64,000 bases of DNA from an uncultured Saprospiraceae bacterium (GCA_964342305.1 CAYFGK010000006.1:4918-68917), one strand, 5' to 3'; positions 1-10,009 are shown, counted from the stretch's first letter. Numbers and translations are program-made. The notes: generated by a model not told the origin, from the sequence alone.

Positions 1-43
1 CTGGCCGGGCAGGACCAACTACCCGATCGCCTGCTCCAGGCGT

Positions 44-1381
44 TCAGGCGTTTTCCGTAGGGGTACTTTTCAGCAGGCGTTCCAGAGCCAGTCGGCGGGA
101 CGCTTTCACTAGTATCCGATAGTGATCCCAGGTGCGGCCATCAAACCAAGCTTTAAGTTGAGCAACGTCCTCGAAATGCTGGGCACCCCCTTTTCGGGCC
201 GGACCGGCAAAAAGTGGCCCCACAAATATAACTTCATCCAACGCCAGCTCCCTGGTAAGTTCCACCATACGTTCGTGCTCCTGCTGGCTGGTATCTCCCA
301 ATTCCAGCATATCACCGATGATGGCCATTTTCTTTTCCCCGGTATTTACCGATGCCAGGTACCGCAGGGCATTTTCCAGGCTGGTGGGATTAGAGTTATA
401 GGCATCCAGCAGAAAAGTGGTTGTACCCCGTTCGACCAATTGCGACCGGTTGTTACCAGGCTGATAATCGGCGATGGCCTCCACTATCCGGTCGGGAGGC
501 ACCCCAAAGTGCAATCCTACCGCCAGGGCAGTGACAATATTCTGTACATTATAGGCTCCGAATAATTGCGCTTTACCACGGTAAGTTTGCTTTCGGTGCT
601 CAAAGGAATAGCTGATAAACGGTGCAGTTTCGTGTACAGTGCACACTATTGCCGCTTCACTTTTTTCGCCCTCAGCTACAGCCTGGTAGGTGATTAATTC
701 CGGTACACCGCGCACCAAATCCTTCAGGAAAGGTTCCCCCAGGTTCACGAAGGCAGTTCCCCCATTTTTTTCCAGGTGGCGATACAACTCTGACTTTCCT
801 TTCTTCACCCCCTCCATACCACCAAATCCTTCCAGATGGGCCTTACCTATATTGGTGATCAACCCGTAATCAGGGTTTGCGATGGCGGAAAGTTGGGCAA
901 TTTCTCCCTGGTGGTTCGCTCCCATTTCGATGACCGCAAACTCCGTTTTCACGGGCATGGCCAACAGGGTCAGGGGAACTCCCAGGTGGTTATTCAGATT
1001 ACCCTGCGTAAAATGCGTTTTGTAGCGCCGGCTAAGGACAGCGGCCACCAACTCTTTGGTGGTGGTTTTACCATTACTGCCGGTAATACCCAGTACCGGA
1101 ATAGTAAAACGTTGCCGGTAGGCGGTACCCAGTTCCTGCAGTGTGCGTTCGGCATCCTCCACCAACCAGCATTGGGCGTGCTTAGCCGCTACCGCCGGGT
1201 CGTCTACGATGGCGGCAGCGGCCCCTTTCTCCAGAGCTCCGAGCGCAAACGCATTGCCATCAAAGCGCTCCCCCCTGATGGCAAAGAACAAAGACCCCGG
1301 AGGTACCTGCCGGGAATCGATAGTTACTGCTTTTGCGGCCACAAAAAGCCCCAAGATCTCTTCTAAGGTTCGAAATGGCAT
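44..1381 (-). CDS. murF: UDP-N-acetylmuramoyl-tripeptide--D-alanyl-D-alanine ligase
   Basis: 445-aa ORF with Mur-ligase ATP loop GITGSNGKTTTKE and C-terminal DAYNSNP / GDMLELG motifs typical of MurF. Confidence 0.9.
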   Translation of the reverse strand: MPFRTLEEILGLFVAAKAVTIDSRQVPPGSLFFAIRGERFDGNAFALGALEKGAAAAIVDDPAVAAKHAQCWLVEDAERTLQELGTAYRQRFTIPVLGITGSNGKTTTKELVAAVLSRRYKTHFTQGNLNNHLGVPLTLLAMPVKTEFAVIEMGANHQGEIAQLSAIANPDYGLITNIGKAHLEGFGGMEGVKKGKSELYRHLEKNGGTAFVNLGEPFLKDLVRGVPELITYQAVAEGEKSEAAIVCTVHETAPFISYSFEHRKQTYRGKAQLFGAYNVQNIVTALAVGLHFGVPPDRIVEAIADYQPGNNRSQLVERGTTTFLLDAYNSNPTSLENALRYLASVNTGEKKMAIIGDMLELGDTSQQEHERMVELTRELALDEVIFVGPLFAGPARKGGAQHFEDVAQLKAWFDGRTWDHYRILVKASRRLALERLLKSTPTENA

Positions 1382-1435
1382 AAGCGTGGTATTTTATCTG
1401 GGACCCGCAATCTGGTGTTTTGTTTTGGGTTTCCC

Positions 1436-1443
1436 CAAAAATA
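1436..1443 (-). promoter_or_regulatory. candidate Bacteroidota -7 promoter box (TATTTTTG) for murF
   Basis: reverse complement of caaaaata fits the TAnnTTTG consensus; 55 nt upstream of the murF ATG. Confidence 0.35.
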
Positions 1444-1584
1444 TACCGCTTTCGAAAAGTTCTGGCTGTAACCCTGAAGCCATTTTTGCGAGACTATACC
1501 GCTTCCGAAAAGGTCTGCAGTCCCTGCCGTAGCAAAACCACTTCGTTGTCGGTATATGTGCAATACGGTGTGTCAGGTCCGTAA

Positions 1585-1627
1585 AAAGCAAAGAGGTGTG
1601 CGATTTGATCGCACACCTCTTTGCTTT
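1585..1627 (-). terminator. intrinsic terminator after gldJ
   Basis: perfect 20-bp inverted repeat aaagcaaagaggtgtgcgat / atcgcacacctctttgcttt with 3-nt loop, 18 nt past the gldJ stop, followed by TTTT on the minus strand. Confidence 0.7.
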
Positions 1628-1645
1628 GTTCCGTATGAAAGCCGA

Positions 1646-3145
1646 TTAATAGCGACGGCTCTTACGGCGGCTTTTGGTCTTGAAGGTATTACCGGCGGTA
1701 TCATCGTTGGAAGCGGTTCCACCTACGCGGTGCATAGCACAACGGAAACCGATGGTCCGGTCAGCCTCAAATTGATTTTTAAAGCGACGGGCACCAGGTG
1801 ACAGCCAGTAGGCGCGGTCTGCCCAGGAGCCACCCTTGAATACGCGGGCACTATCGTTGATCAGAGAGTGATTACCGTAGTCGTATACCACGTTGGAGGC
1901 TTTGTCACCATCGCGGTAATCAGAAGCCCGGGCAGTGTTGATATTATCGTACTCCGCTAATTCGTCTTTATCCATGTAGCGGTAGCGTACCCGGCCAAGG
2001 CTGTCTTTTTCAACCGGACGGCCGTCTTCGTCGCGTTCCATGACTTTGAACTCGTTACCACGGTAGGGGTTCATATCCTGGTTTTCGGCATCAGCCAGCG
2101 TCATACTGGTCAGCGGACGATACACATCCAGGACCCATTCGTTTACGTTACCGGCCATGTTATACAAGCCGTAGTCATTGGGGAGGTATTCCTGAACGCC
2201 GGCAGGACCAGCAGCATTATCGTTGGGGTTACCTGCCAGTCCCATATAATCACCGGCAGAGCGCTTGAAGTTAGCTAGAATTTTACCCTGGTACTTATCG
2301 CGTTTCTGATAGCGAACAGTGTTTCCATCCCAGGGGTATACGCGGCGATCGGTCAACAACTCATCCTGCTCACTGGCCAGCTTCCCTTTCAGACCGAGGG
2401 CTGCGTACTCCCACTCCGCTTCGGTAGGCAAGCGGTAGGAAGGCAATAAGATACCATCTTCGAAACGTACCCGGCGGGTTTCACCCGTCTGGAAGTCTTT
2501 CAGGTTTTTGCGGACGTTACCTTCGTATTGTCCAACCAGGTAAGACTGGGTAACGAAGTTGTCTTCGTCTTTCTGCTCGGGGTTGGGATTGAGGATACCT
2601 TCCTCGATCAACAGCATTTCGTTGACCCGATCGGTACGCCACATACAGTACTCATTAGCTTGTTTCCAACTTACACCAACTACGGGATAATTGTCGTAGG
2701 CAGGGTGGCGGAAGTAGGTTTCTACGAATGGCTCGTTATAGGCCAGCTCTTCCAGCCAGACCAGTGTATCGGGAAGGGCATCCCGGTATACTTCGGGGTA
2801 GCTTTCGCCAAAAATGCGATCGACCCAGTAGGTATACTCCCGATAGTCGATGTTGGCCACTTCCGTTTCGTCCATGTAAAAAGTGGTAACTGTTACCCGG
2901 CGTGGGACATTATCCCATTCGTACATAACATCTTCCTGGGTTTGGCCCATCAGGAAAGTACCCCCCTCGATCAAAACGAGGTTGGGACCGGTTATTTGTC
3001 CGTCGTAGTCTAGTTTTTCAAAACCACCCCACTTGGTATCGTTGTACTTCCAACCCGTGGTGGCGGATCGTTCTTTACTTTTACAGGACGTGAGCAGGGC
3101 CGCTGCTACCAACAGCAAAGCACCGAACTTCAACACTGTTCTCAT
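1646..3145 (-). CDS. gldJ: gliding motility / T9SS lipoprotein GldJ (FGE-sulfatase fold)
   Basis: 499 aa; lipoprotein signal ...LLTSC; blocks TGWKYND..GGF, FYMDETEV, YPVVGVSW, RLPTEAEWEYAA recalled from Flavobacterium johnsoniae GldJ; sits beside porU/porV as in F. johnsoniae. Confidence 0.85.
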   Translation of the reverse strand: MRTVLKFGALLLVAAALLTSCKSKERSATTGWKYNDTKWGGFEKLDYDGQITGPNLVLIEGGTFLMGQTQEDVMYEWDNVPRRVTVTTFYMDETEVANIDYREYTYWVDRIFGESYPEVYRDALPDTLVWLEELAYNEPFVETYFRHPAYDNYPVVGVSWKQANEYCMWRTDRVNEMLLIEEGILNPNPEQKDEDNFVTQSYLVGQYEGNVRKNLKDFQTGETRRVRFEDGILLPSYRLPTEAEWEYAALGLKGKLASEQDELLTDRRVYPWDGNTVRYQKRDKYQGKILANFKRSAGDYMGLAGNPNDNAAGPAGVQEYLPNDYGLYNMAGNVNEWVLDVYRPLTSMTLADAENQDMNPYRGNEFKVMERDEDGRPVEKDSLGRVRYRYMDKDELAEYDNINTARASDYRDGDKASNVVYDYGNHSLINDSARVFKGGSWADRAYWLSPGARRFKNQFEADRTIGFRCAMHRVGGTASNDDTAGNTFKTKSRRKSRRY

Positions 3146-3234
3146 TACGTTCGAGTTGTTTATTTAAGAAATGACCAACATTTTCATCTATAGGTCGCTC
3201 AGCCCCAACGGGAACCTTTTTGCGAAAGCAGGAG

Positions 3235-3242
3235 CAAAAGTA
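3235..3242 (-). promoter_or_regulatory. candidate -7 promoter box (TACTTTTG) for gldJ
   Basis: reverse complement of caaaagta fits TAnnTTTG; about 90 nt upstream of the gldJ ATG. Confidence 0.3.
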
Positions 3243-3299
3243 ACCATTTTGTCCTGTACGGCAAGCGACTCGAATCCTTTAACGAAGGCTGGTACCGAT

Positions 3300-4313
3300 T
3301 TATTTGAAAAGGCCGAAACAATCGTTGTAACGCGTGCGACTTCGGCGTCGTTGGCGGGCATCACTATCGGCAAAGCTTATCGACAGGGAGAGTTCGTGTG
3401 TCCCTCCGGTAGTTCCCACGGAGAGTCCGGAGATCGTCAGGTCGTAGCTGTACCCAATGCGCAGGGTTTGATAATGAAATCCGACCAGCGCGATGGCGGC
3501 ATCGGCATTGTTGCCGGTGTGTCGGTACCACAGACCACCAAATACACTTTTGTACCCGGAATACATCCCCACCGTTAGCTGGGAAAAATCGGCCTGGCGA
3601 GCATACAAAATACTCGGGGATATAAACGACTCCCCATATCGATTATTGCCTCCCTCAAAATTAATTTGCGCCCCCCCGTGGACCGTCAAACGTAAGGGCC
3701 TGCCGGTCCGCAGATTATCGTTGATCTCGAGCACACTTTCGTCGGGGCGATTCAGGTTATGCAGCACTATTCCGCCGTAAAAAGTCTCCCCGCTAACCAC
3801 CAGGCCTGCGGAAAAATCCAGATCGGTCCGCTGCAGGTTGTCAGGCCGGGTTTCCTCGGTAAACTGGCTGGCATCTCCTCCCAGAAGCGGATCCAATTGA
3901 TCGCCGAACAACAACTTATCCCAATCCAGACGGGTTTGGAGAATACCGGCTTCGATACCGAAACGGACACTGGTATTATTGTCCATCCGCAGGTGGTAAC
4001 CGTAAACGGCCGCTACCGAATTGGTGCGGTAGATACCGTCGCCGGCATCATCGGTGAGCGCCCGTATTCCCAGGCTGCTGTTGACAAAATCGAGCGGTTG
4101 CTCGTAAGAGATCGCATACGTACGATAGGCATTCGGCCAATTGGGCCATTGGTTGCGGTAGTTAATATTGATCCGGGGAGCACCGGTCACCCCGGCGAGA
4201 GCCGGATTCAGCTGGATGGGGGCGGCAAAAAACTGGCTGAACGTCACATCCTGCCCAAATGCAGGAACCAGGGTGATCAGTGAAAGGAAAAGGATATAGC
4301 TAATTTTAGACAT
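3300..4313 (-). CDS. PorP/SprF family type IX secretion system membrane protein
   Basis: 337 aa; signal peptide then FSQFFAAPIQLNPALAG, the N-terminal signature of PorP/SprF beta-barrels; T9SS gene neighbourhood. Confidence 0.8.
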   Translation of the reverse strand: MSKISYILFLSLITLVPAFGQDVTFSQFFAAPIQLNPALAGVTGAPRININYRNQWPNWPNAYRTYAISYEQPLDFVNSSLGIRALTDDAGDGIYRTNSVAAVYGYHLRMDNNTSVRFGIEAGILQTRLDWDKLLFGDQLDPLLGGDASQFTEETRPDNLQRTDLDFSAGLVVSGETFYGGIVLHNLNRPDESVLEINDNLRTGRPLRLTVHGGAQINFEGGNNRYGESFISPSILYARQADFSQLTVGMYSGYKSVFGGLWYRHTGNNADAAIALVGFHYQTLRIGYSYDLTISGLSVGTTGGTHELSLSISFADSDARQRRRSRTRYNDCFGLFK

Positions 4314-4500
4314 AGGATACTTTCTTACAATTGCCGTGGAAACTGTTCGGGCAGCCAGCGGGTTTCAGATTTCCGGTATGGAACCGGAAGGTGCTGGCTC
4401 GTTAAGAAGCAATATGCACTTGTAGGGAACGTTCCAAATGCGTAAAATCGCACGGCACAACACAGGTTTCTTCTCCAGGGGTATATAACAATTCTAAAGT

Positions 4501-7500
4501 ATGAAGTTTTTCGGTACGGCCTTCATTTGGTTTCTTCTTTTAAGTCCGTTATACGCCAATTCCACCTTTTTTGTGGAGCAATCCTTTGCCTGGCAGCAAA
4601 GATCCATTGCTGAAGGCATCAATATGGTGACGTTTGATGGGGCTATCCACAGCGACGAAGCACCACTCACGCCTTTCTTCCTGATCGAGCGACCCGTTGA
4701 TGGTCCGGGTACCATTAGTGTATCCGTAGAATCCGTCGAGTACGAGACCTTCACCTGGCCGGGCGGACCACGGAATACTTCTGTTATTAGCGAAGAACTG
4801 CAATTCAACACGTTTATCGAGTCCCACCGCGGGCAGTACTTCGGCGAAATTACCGTAGCTCCGATCATAAAGGTAGGTCAGCAGTACCGCCGGGTAACCC
4901 GGATGCGGTTGCGGATTGAACACCGGACCACCAACCGGCCGGCAAATCTGCGAAGTGACCCATTCGCGAATCAGAGTGTACTAGCAACCGGAACCATCTA
5001 TAAATTTGCCGTATCAGAAAGCGGCATCTATCGCCTGACCTACGATTTTCTGCAAGACGAACTGGGCATCGCCAATCTCAATAGCCTCAACCCCGGTAAT
5101 TTTCAACTATTCGGTAATGGCGGTGGTTACCTGCCCGAAAACCTTCGCGCCGACCGTCCCGACGATCTGATCGAGAACCATATCCGGATTGTCGGTGGTG
5201 ACGACGGCCAGTTTAATTCCGGCGACTACATCCTTTTTTACGCCGAAGGTCCCGACAAATGGCTGTTCAATACCGAGGATAGATCGTTCGATTACCAAAA
5301 GAATATTTACGATTCCAAATCGTACTACTACTTGAAAGTGGATGGCTCCACCGGCCAACGGGTACTGCCCCAACCAAGTGTCGGCAGTGCAGACTATCAG
5401 ACCAATGCCTTTGACGACCTGGTTCGTTTTGAAGAGGATGAAGTAAATCTGTTGCACTTCTGGGGCCAGGAACTGGGTAAAGCCCAGGGCTCCGGTCAGG
5501 ATTGGTTTGGCGATTATTTTTTACGAACGCGTTCCTATACCTACAGCCAACCCTTCGCTTTTCCGGGGCGCCTTTCCGGGGAACCAATTCACATCACAGC
5601 TTCCATGGCTCTGCGCGCCGAGCAAAGCTCGCGTTTCCAGGTCACAATTAACGGGCAGACTACCCTCGACAGCCCCCGGGCCCGAGCGGTCGGCATACTG
5701 AGTGGGGAACGGGACAATGAAATCAATTATGCCGAGCGGACCACTTTAGACGAAACGGTGCAGGTGAGCGGAGAGAACCTTACCATTGAGGTAAATTATC
5801 CCTATCCCCTCGGTCAGGGCGACGGTTCGCAGGGCTGGCTGGATTACATTCAGGTGCGTGCCCGGCGAACCCTCCAGATCACCAACGAACCCGTCGTATT
5901 CCGGGATCTGAACAGCCTGGATGCCATCCGTACCGAGTACCAGATCCAGGCGGGTAGTGGTGAATATCAGATATGGGACATTACCAATCCGCTGCAACCA
6001 CGACGCCAGGAATTCGCCTCCTCCGGGGGACAACTGATCTTCCGCCAGGCCTCCGAGGAACTGAAAACGTATATTGTCTTTCGTCCCAATAACGCTTCAA
6101 CCAACTTAGAAGCCCTGGGGCAAATTAGCAACCAGAACCTCCACGGGCTAAACCGGGCCGATATGGTCATCCTGTATCCGGAAAACTTTGCCGGGGAAGC
6201 CCGGCGGTTAGCTGATCACCGGAACAGCTATTCGGGCCTGGAAGTAGCTCTCGTGCCAATAGAACGAGTATACGATGAGTTCTCGTCCGGGAAGCTCGAT
6301 CCTACGGCCCTTCGTGATTTTTGTCACATGCTCTATCAACGGGATCCGCAATTCCGCTACCTTCTCTTATTTGGGGATGGATCGTTTGATGCCCGCGACA
6401 TCTACGGCCTGGGAGGCAACCTGATCCCCACCTACCAGCGCCAGTCCTTTAATCCGCTTTTTTCCTTTCCCGCCGATGATTACTATGGTCTTTTAGAAGA
6501 GCCAAACGAACAGGAACCCCTGGTCGGACGATTAAACCTGGCTATTGGCCGGCTACCCGTGCAAACGGCAGACCAGGCGCGATCAGCTATTGATAAAATT
6601 ATCCATTACGATGAGGGGCAAGGGGTGTTGGCCGATTGGCGCAACCGGGTTACTTTTTTGGCGGATGACGAGGACAATATGCTGCATACCCGGGACGCCA
6701 ATGCCATAGCCGACAACCTCAGCAGCAATAACGCGAATATTAACGTCGAAAAAATATACCTGGATGCCTACCCTCAGGTCTCCACTCCCGGAGGAAACCG
6801 GATACCCCAGGTAACCAGAGCTATCAACCAGGCAATCTTTAAGGGTACACTCATTTTAACCTACCTCGGCCATGGGGGTTCCCAGGGCCTGACACAGGAG
6901 CGTGTACTCAGCACCTCGGACATTGTCAACTGGCGTAACTACGACAACCTGGTGTTGCTCATGACGGCCACCTGCTCCTTCACCGGATACGACGACCCGG
7001 CCTTCACTACCGCCGGAGAAGAAGCATTCCTGAATCAGCGGGGAGGGGCCATTGCACTCATGACCGCGGTACGGGCCGTATTTGCCAGTCAGAATGCCGC
7101 CCTGACCCGACAGGCTATGTCGGCCTTATACACCCCGGTAAATGGTCAGTTACCCACTCTCGGCGAGGCCATTATGCGCGCCAAGAACAACTATTCCGGA
7201 AGTAATATTACCATCAACTCCCGAAAATTCACGCTGATCGGTGACCCGGCCCAGCGACTGGCCATACCCAGCCTGAACTACCAGGTAATTACCTCCAAAA
7301 TAGATACCCACCGGGTGGCCGGCAACCGTACCGACACCCTGCGGGCACTGCAACGCGTAATGATAACCGGTGAAGTCCGGCTTCCCGATGGACAGCTCGC
7401 CGAATCGTATAACGGTATCGTTTACCCCACCATCTTCGATAAAGAGCAGGAGACCACCACGCTGGGACAGGACCCCGGGAGTTATCCCTACGATTACGAT

Positions 7501-8388
7501 GTGCAGAAAAACGTCATCTTCCGCGGACGCGCACGAGTCACACAGGGGCAGTTCACCTTTGAATTCGTAGTACCGAAGGACATCAACTACACCTTCGGCC
7601 GGGGTAAGATCAGCTATTATCTGGCACCGGACCAGGGTCAGGAAGACGGTAGTGGTAGTTTTGAAGATATCGTGATCGGCGGAAATATCGAGGGGACCAT
7701 CGCTGATGACGAAGGACCCGAGATCGACGTATTCATGAACACGGAAGATTTTGTGTTTGGTGGCATTACCGATCCCGACCCTACCCTGCTGGTACTACTG
7801 GAGGACGATTTCGGGATCAATGTGGTGGGCAACAGCATTGGCCACGATCTGGAGGCCATTCTCGACGAGGATACCCAGAACAGCATCCTGTTGAACGACT
7901 TTTTTGAAACAGAACTGGGTGATTTCACCAGGGGGCGAGTTCGCTTCCCGCTGGAGGACCTGGAGGAAGGTCGCCACACACTACGCATCAAAGCCTGGGA
8001 TGTGGCCAATAATTCCGCCGAAGGTTATACTGAATTTGTGGTATCCGAATCGAGCGAGCTGGCCCTAAGGCACGTACTGAACTACCCCAATCCCTTTACC
8101 AATCGCACCTGCTTCCAGTTTGATCACAATTACGCCAATCAGGAATTGCGGGTACTGGTACAGATCTTCACCGTCTCCGGCCGATTGGTCAAAACCATCG
8201 AGCAACAGATGTTCAGCGACGGTGCGATCCGGCAGGATGATTGTATCGAATGGGATGGACTGGATGATTTCGGCAACCGATTGGCACGGGGTGTATACCT
8301 GTATAAAGTACGGGTTCAGGCATTGGTCCCGGGTTCGGATGTAATCCAGGGAGAAAGTGACTTTGAAAAAATGGTCTTGCTAAAATAA
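4501..8388 (+). CDS. porU: type IX secretion system C-terminal signal peptidase/sortase PorU
   Basis: 1295 aa; signal peptide; gingipain (C25)-like central region; C-terminal T9SS CTD (LNYPNPFTNRT...GVYLYKVRV); immediately upstream of porV. Confidence 0.85.
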   Translation: MKFFGTAFIWFLLLSPLYANSTFFVEQSFAWQQRSIAEGINMVTFDGAIHSDEAPLTPFFLIERPVDGPGTISVSVESVEYETFTWPGGPRNTSVISEELQFNTFIESHRGQYFGEITVAPIIKVGQQYRRVTRMRLRIEHRTTNRPANLRSDPFANQSVLATGTIYKFAVSESGIYRLTYDFLQDELGIANLNSLNPGNFQLFGNGGGYLPENLRADRPDDLIENHIRIVGGDDGQFNSGDYILFYAEGPDKWLFNTEDRSFDYQKNIYDSKSYYYLKVDGSTGQRVLPQPSVGSADYQTNAFDDLVRFEEDEVNLLHFWGQELGKAQGSGQDWFGDYFLRTRSYTYSQPFAFPGRLSGEPIHITASMALRAEQSSRFQVTINGQTTLDSPRARAVGILSGERDNEINYAERTTLDETVQVSGENLTIEVNYPYPLGQGDGSQGWLDYIQVRARRTLQITNEPVVFRDLNSLDAIRTEYQIQAGSGEYQIWDITNPLQPRRQEFASSGGQLIFRQASEELKTYIVFRPNNASTNLEALGQISNQNLHGLNRADMVILYPENFAGEARRLADHRNSYSGLEVALVPIERVYDEFSSGKLDPTALRDFCHMLYQRDPQFRYLLLFGDGSFDARDIYGLGGNLIPTYQRQSFNPLFSFPADDYYGLLEEPNEQEPLVGRLNLAIGRLPVQTADQARSAIDKIIHYDEGQGVLADWRNRVTFLADDEDNMLHTRDANAIADNLSSNNANINVEKIYLDAYPQVSTPGGNRIPQVTRAINQAIFKGTLILTYLGHGGSQGLTQERVLSTSDIVNWRNYDNLVLLMTATCSFTGYDDPAFTTAGEEAFLNQRGGAIALMTAVRAVFASQNAALTRQAMSALYTPVNGQLPTLGEAIMRAKNNYSGSNITINSRKFTLIGDPAQRLAIPSLNYQVITSKIDTHRVAGNRTDTLRALQRVMITGEVRLPDGQLAESYNGIVYPTIFDKEQETTTLGQDPGSYPYDYDVQKNVIFRGRARVTQGQFTFEFVVPKDINYTFGRGKISYYLAPDQGQEDGSGSFEDIVIGGNIEGTIADDEGPEIDVFMNTEDFVFGGITDPDPTLLVLLEDDFGINVVGNSIGHDLEAILDEDTQNSILLNDFFETELGDFTRGRVRFPLEDLEEGRHTLRIKAWDVANNSAEGYTEFVVSESSELALRHVLNYPNPFTNRTCFQFDHNYANQELRVLVQIFTVSGRLVKTIEQQMFSDGAIRQDDCIEWDGLDDFGNRLARGVYLYKVRVQALVPGSDVIQGESDFEKMVLLK

Positions 8389-8542
8389 GGACCCCGGTTT
8401 TAGCGTATGGTAGGCATACACGTTTTTTTGGCAAGACTTTTGATTACTACTAACATAGCGGCTCAGCGGACATATTATGCGGAAAACAACAGACGCACGG
8501 TACGGCCGGCCTCTTTTTTGGCAGCAGCCACCCAAAAGTCGC

Positions 8543-8550
8543 TATATTTG
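8543..8550 (+). promoter_or_regulatory. candidate -7 promoter box (TATATTTG) for porV
   Basis: TAnnTTTG match 30 nt upstream of the ATG at 8581. Confidence 0.35.
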
Positions 8551-8580
8551 CACCACACTATGTTAAATAAATGCGATCTC

Positions 8581-9789
8581 ATGAAGAACGTACTTCTTAA
8601 AGCTGCCCTCACCCTGTTGGTTATCAGCGCGATAGCCATTGACGGACAGGCACAGTGTTACCAGGGAGAGGATGGTTCCTACTACAACCTCGACGGGACC
8701 CCATGTACCAATACCGTTGTAACGGCGGTACCATTTCTGCGCATTGTGTCCGATGCCCGTTCCGGGGCGATGGGCGATGTCGGTATCGGCCTGTCGGCGG
8801 ATCCCAATGCCATGCACTTCAATGCTTCCAAATTGGTATTTGCGGAGGAAGACTTTGCCGTATCCGCCACGTATACTCCATGGTTGCGAGCGCTGGGACT
8901 CAACGATGTCTACCTGGCGTACCTTACTTCCTATTACAAACTGGATGACCTGCAGGCGCTGGGTTTCGGTCTGCGTTATTTCTCACTGGGTAGTATCCAG
9001 TTTACCGACCCCAACGGACAGCCACTAAATACCGGTCGCCCCAACGAATTTGAAGTGGCCCTGGCCTATTCCCGAAAGCTGTCGGAAAACTTCTCAGCTG
9101 CCGTTACCGGTAAATTTATCTACTCCAATCTGGCCGCCGGTCAGATCGTGGAAGGGGAAACTATCGAGCCCGGTATTGCCGGAGCGGCCGATGTTAGCTT
9201 TACCTACAAAACGGATATTGACCTCAACCAGGGAGATTCGGAGCTGACGCTGGGTATGGCGATCACCAATATTGGATCAAAGATCACGTATACGAACTCA
9301 TTGAACCGGGACTTCATCCCCACCAATTTCGGTATCGGTGGCGCCTGGAAAGTGGATTTCGACGAGTACAACAGCCTGACCGTAGCGGCTGATATTAATA
9401 AATTACTGGTACCTACTCCCTGTCAGGGAAATGATTGCGATCAGGACGGTGATGGCCGCCCGGACTACAAAGATCAGTCCCCCATTTCAGCAATCTTTTC
9501 TTCGTGGGGAGATGCTCCGGAAGGATTTAGCGAAGAACTACAGGAGTTTGTCTACTCCGTAGGCCTCGAGTACTGGTACGATCAGCAGTTCGCTGTCCGC
9601 GCCGGCTACTTTAATGAGCACGTGCAAAAAGGTAACCGGAAATTTATGACCGTTGGCCTCGGCCTGAAGTACAATATTTTCGGATTGAATTTCAGCTACC
9701 TGATCCCCACGACCAATCAGCGGAACCCGCTGGATAATACCCTGCGGTTCTCTCTGCTGTTTGATTTTGGTGAAGTCGCACAGAACTAG
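8581..9789 (+). CDS. porV: type IX secretion outer-membrane protein PorV (LptO)
   Basis: ORF track starts at 8407, but a signal peptide (MKNVLLKAALTLLVISAIAIDGQAQ) begins at ATG 8581; VPFLRIVSDARSGAMGDVG block typical of PorV; follows porU. Confidence 0.85.
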   Translation: MKNVLLKAALTLLVISAIAIDGQAQCYQGEDGSYYNLDGTPCTNTVVTAVPFLRIVSDARSGAMGDVGIGLSADPNAMHFNASKLVFAEEDFAVSATYTPWLRALGLNDVYLAYLTSYYKLDDLQALGFGLRYFSLGSIQFTDPNGQPLNTGRPNEFEVALAYSRKLSENFSAAVTGKFIYSNLAAGQIVEGETIEPGIAGAADVSFTYKTDIDLNQGDSELTLGMAITNIGSKITYTNSLNRDFIPTNFGIGGAWKVDFDEYNSLTVAADINKLLVPTPCQGNDCDQDGDGRPDYKDQSPISAIFSSWGDAPEGFSEELQEFVYSVGLEYWYDQQFAVRAGYFNEHVQKGNRKFMTVGLGLKYNIFGLNFSYLIPTTNQRNPLDNTLRFSLLFDFGEVAQN

Positions 9790-9803
9790 TGGCTTCACTT
9801 AGC

Positions 9804-9847
9804 AATAAAGAAAGGCCCCTTGTGTAAGCACGGGGCCTTTCTTTATT
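9804..9847 (+). terminator. hairpin terminator after porV
   Basis: perfect 16-bp stem aataaagaaaggcccc / ggggcctttctttatt with 12-nt loop, 15 nt after the porV stop. Confidence 0.6.
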
Positions 9848-9849
9848 AA

Positions 9850-9998
9850 GGTGAGTAGCTGTTGGTATTTGGTATTTGGTATAGAGTATTAGGTAGTCGG
9901 ACGTGTTCAGTCCTAATACCCTCTACCTACTACTCACTACCAAGAGGTTGGGCTTTGATTATCATCCCTCTACCAATTGATTTATGTCCAACCTCGTG
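9850..9998. repeat. GGTATNN-array hairpin element, copy 1 of 3 (two-hairpin module)
   Basis: heptamer run ggtatttggtatttggtatagagtattagg pairs with cctaataccctctacc (14/16); second stem caagaggttgggc / gtccaacctcgtg; homologous to 45157-45276 and 60001-60122. Confidence 0.6.
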
Positions 9999-10009
9999 AT
10001 CGTTAAAAT

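Noticed and set aside
8407-8580. N-terminal 58-aa extension of porV in the ORF track
   Set aside because: The extension has no signal peptide and contains the candidate promoter box (8543-8550). A canonical signal peptide starts at ATG 8581.
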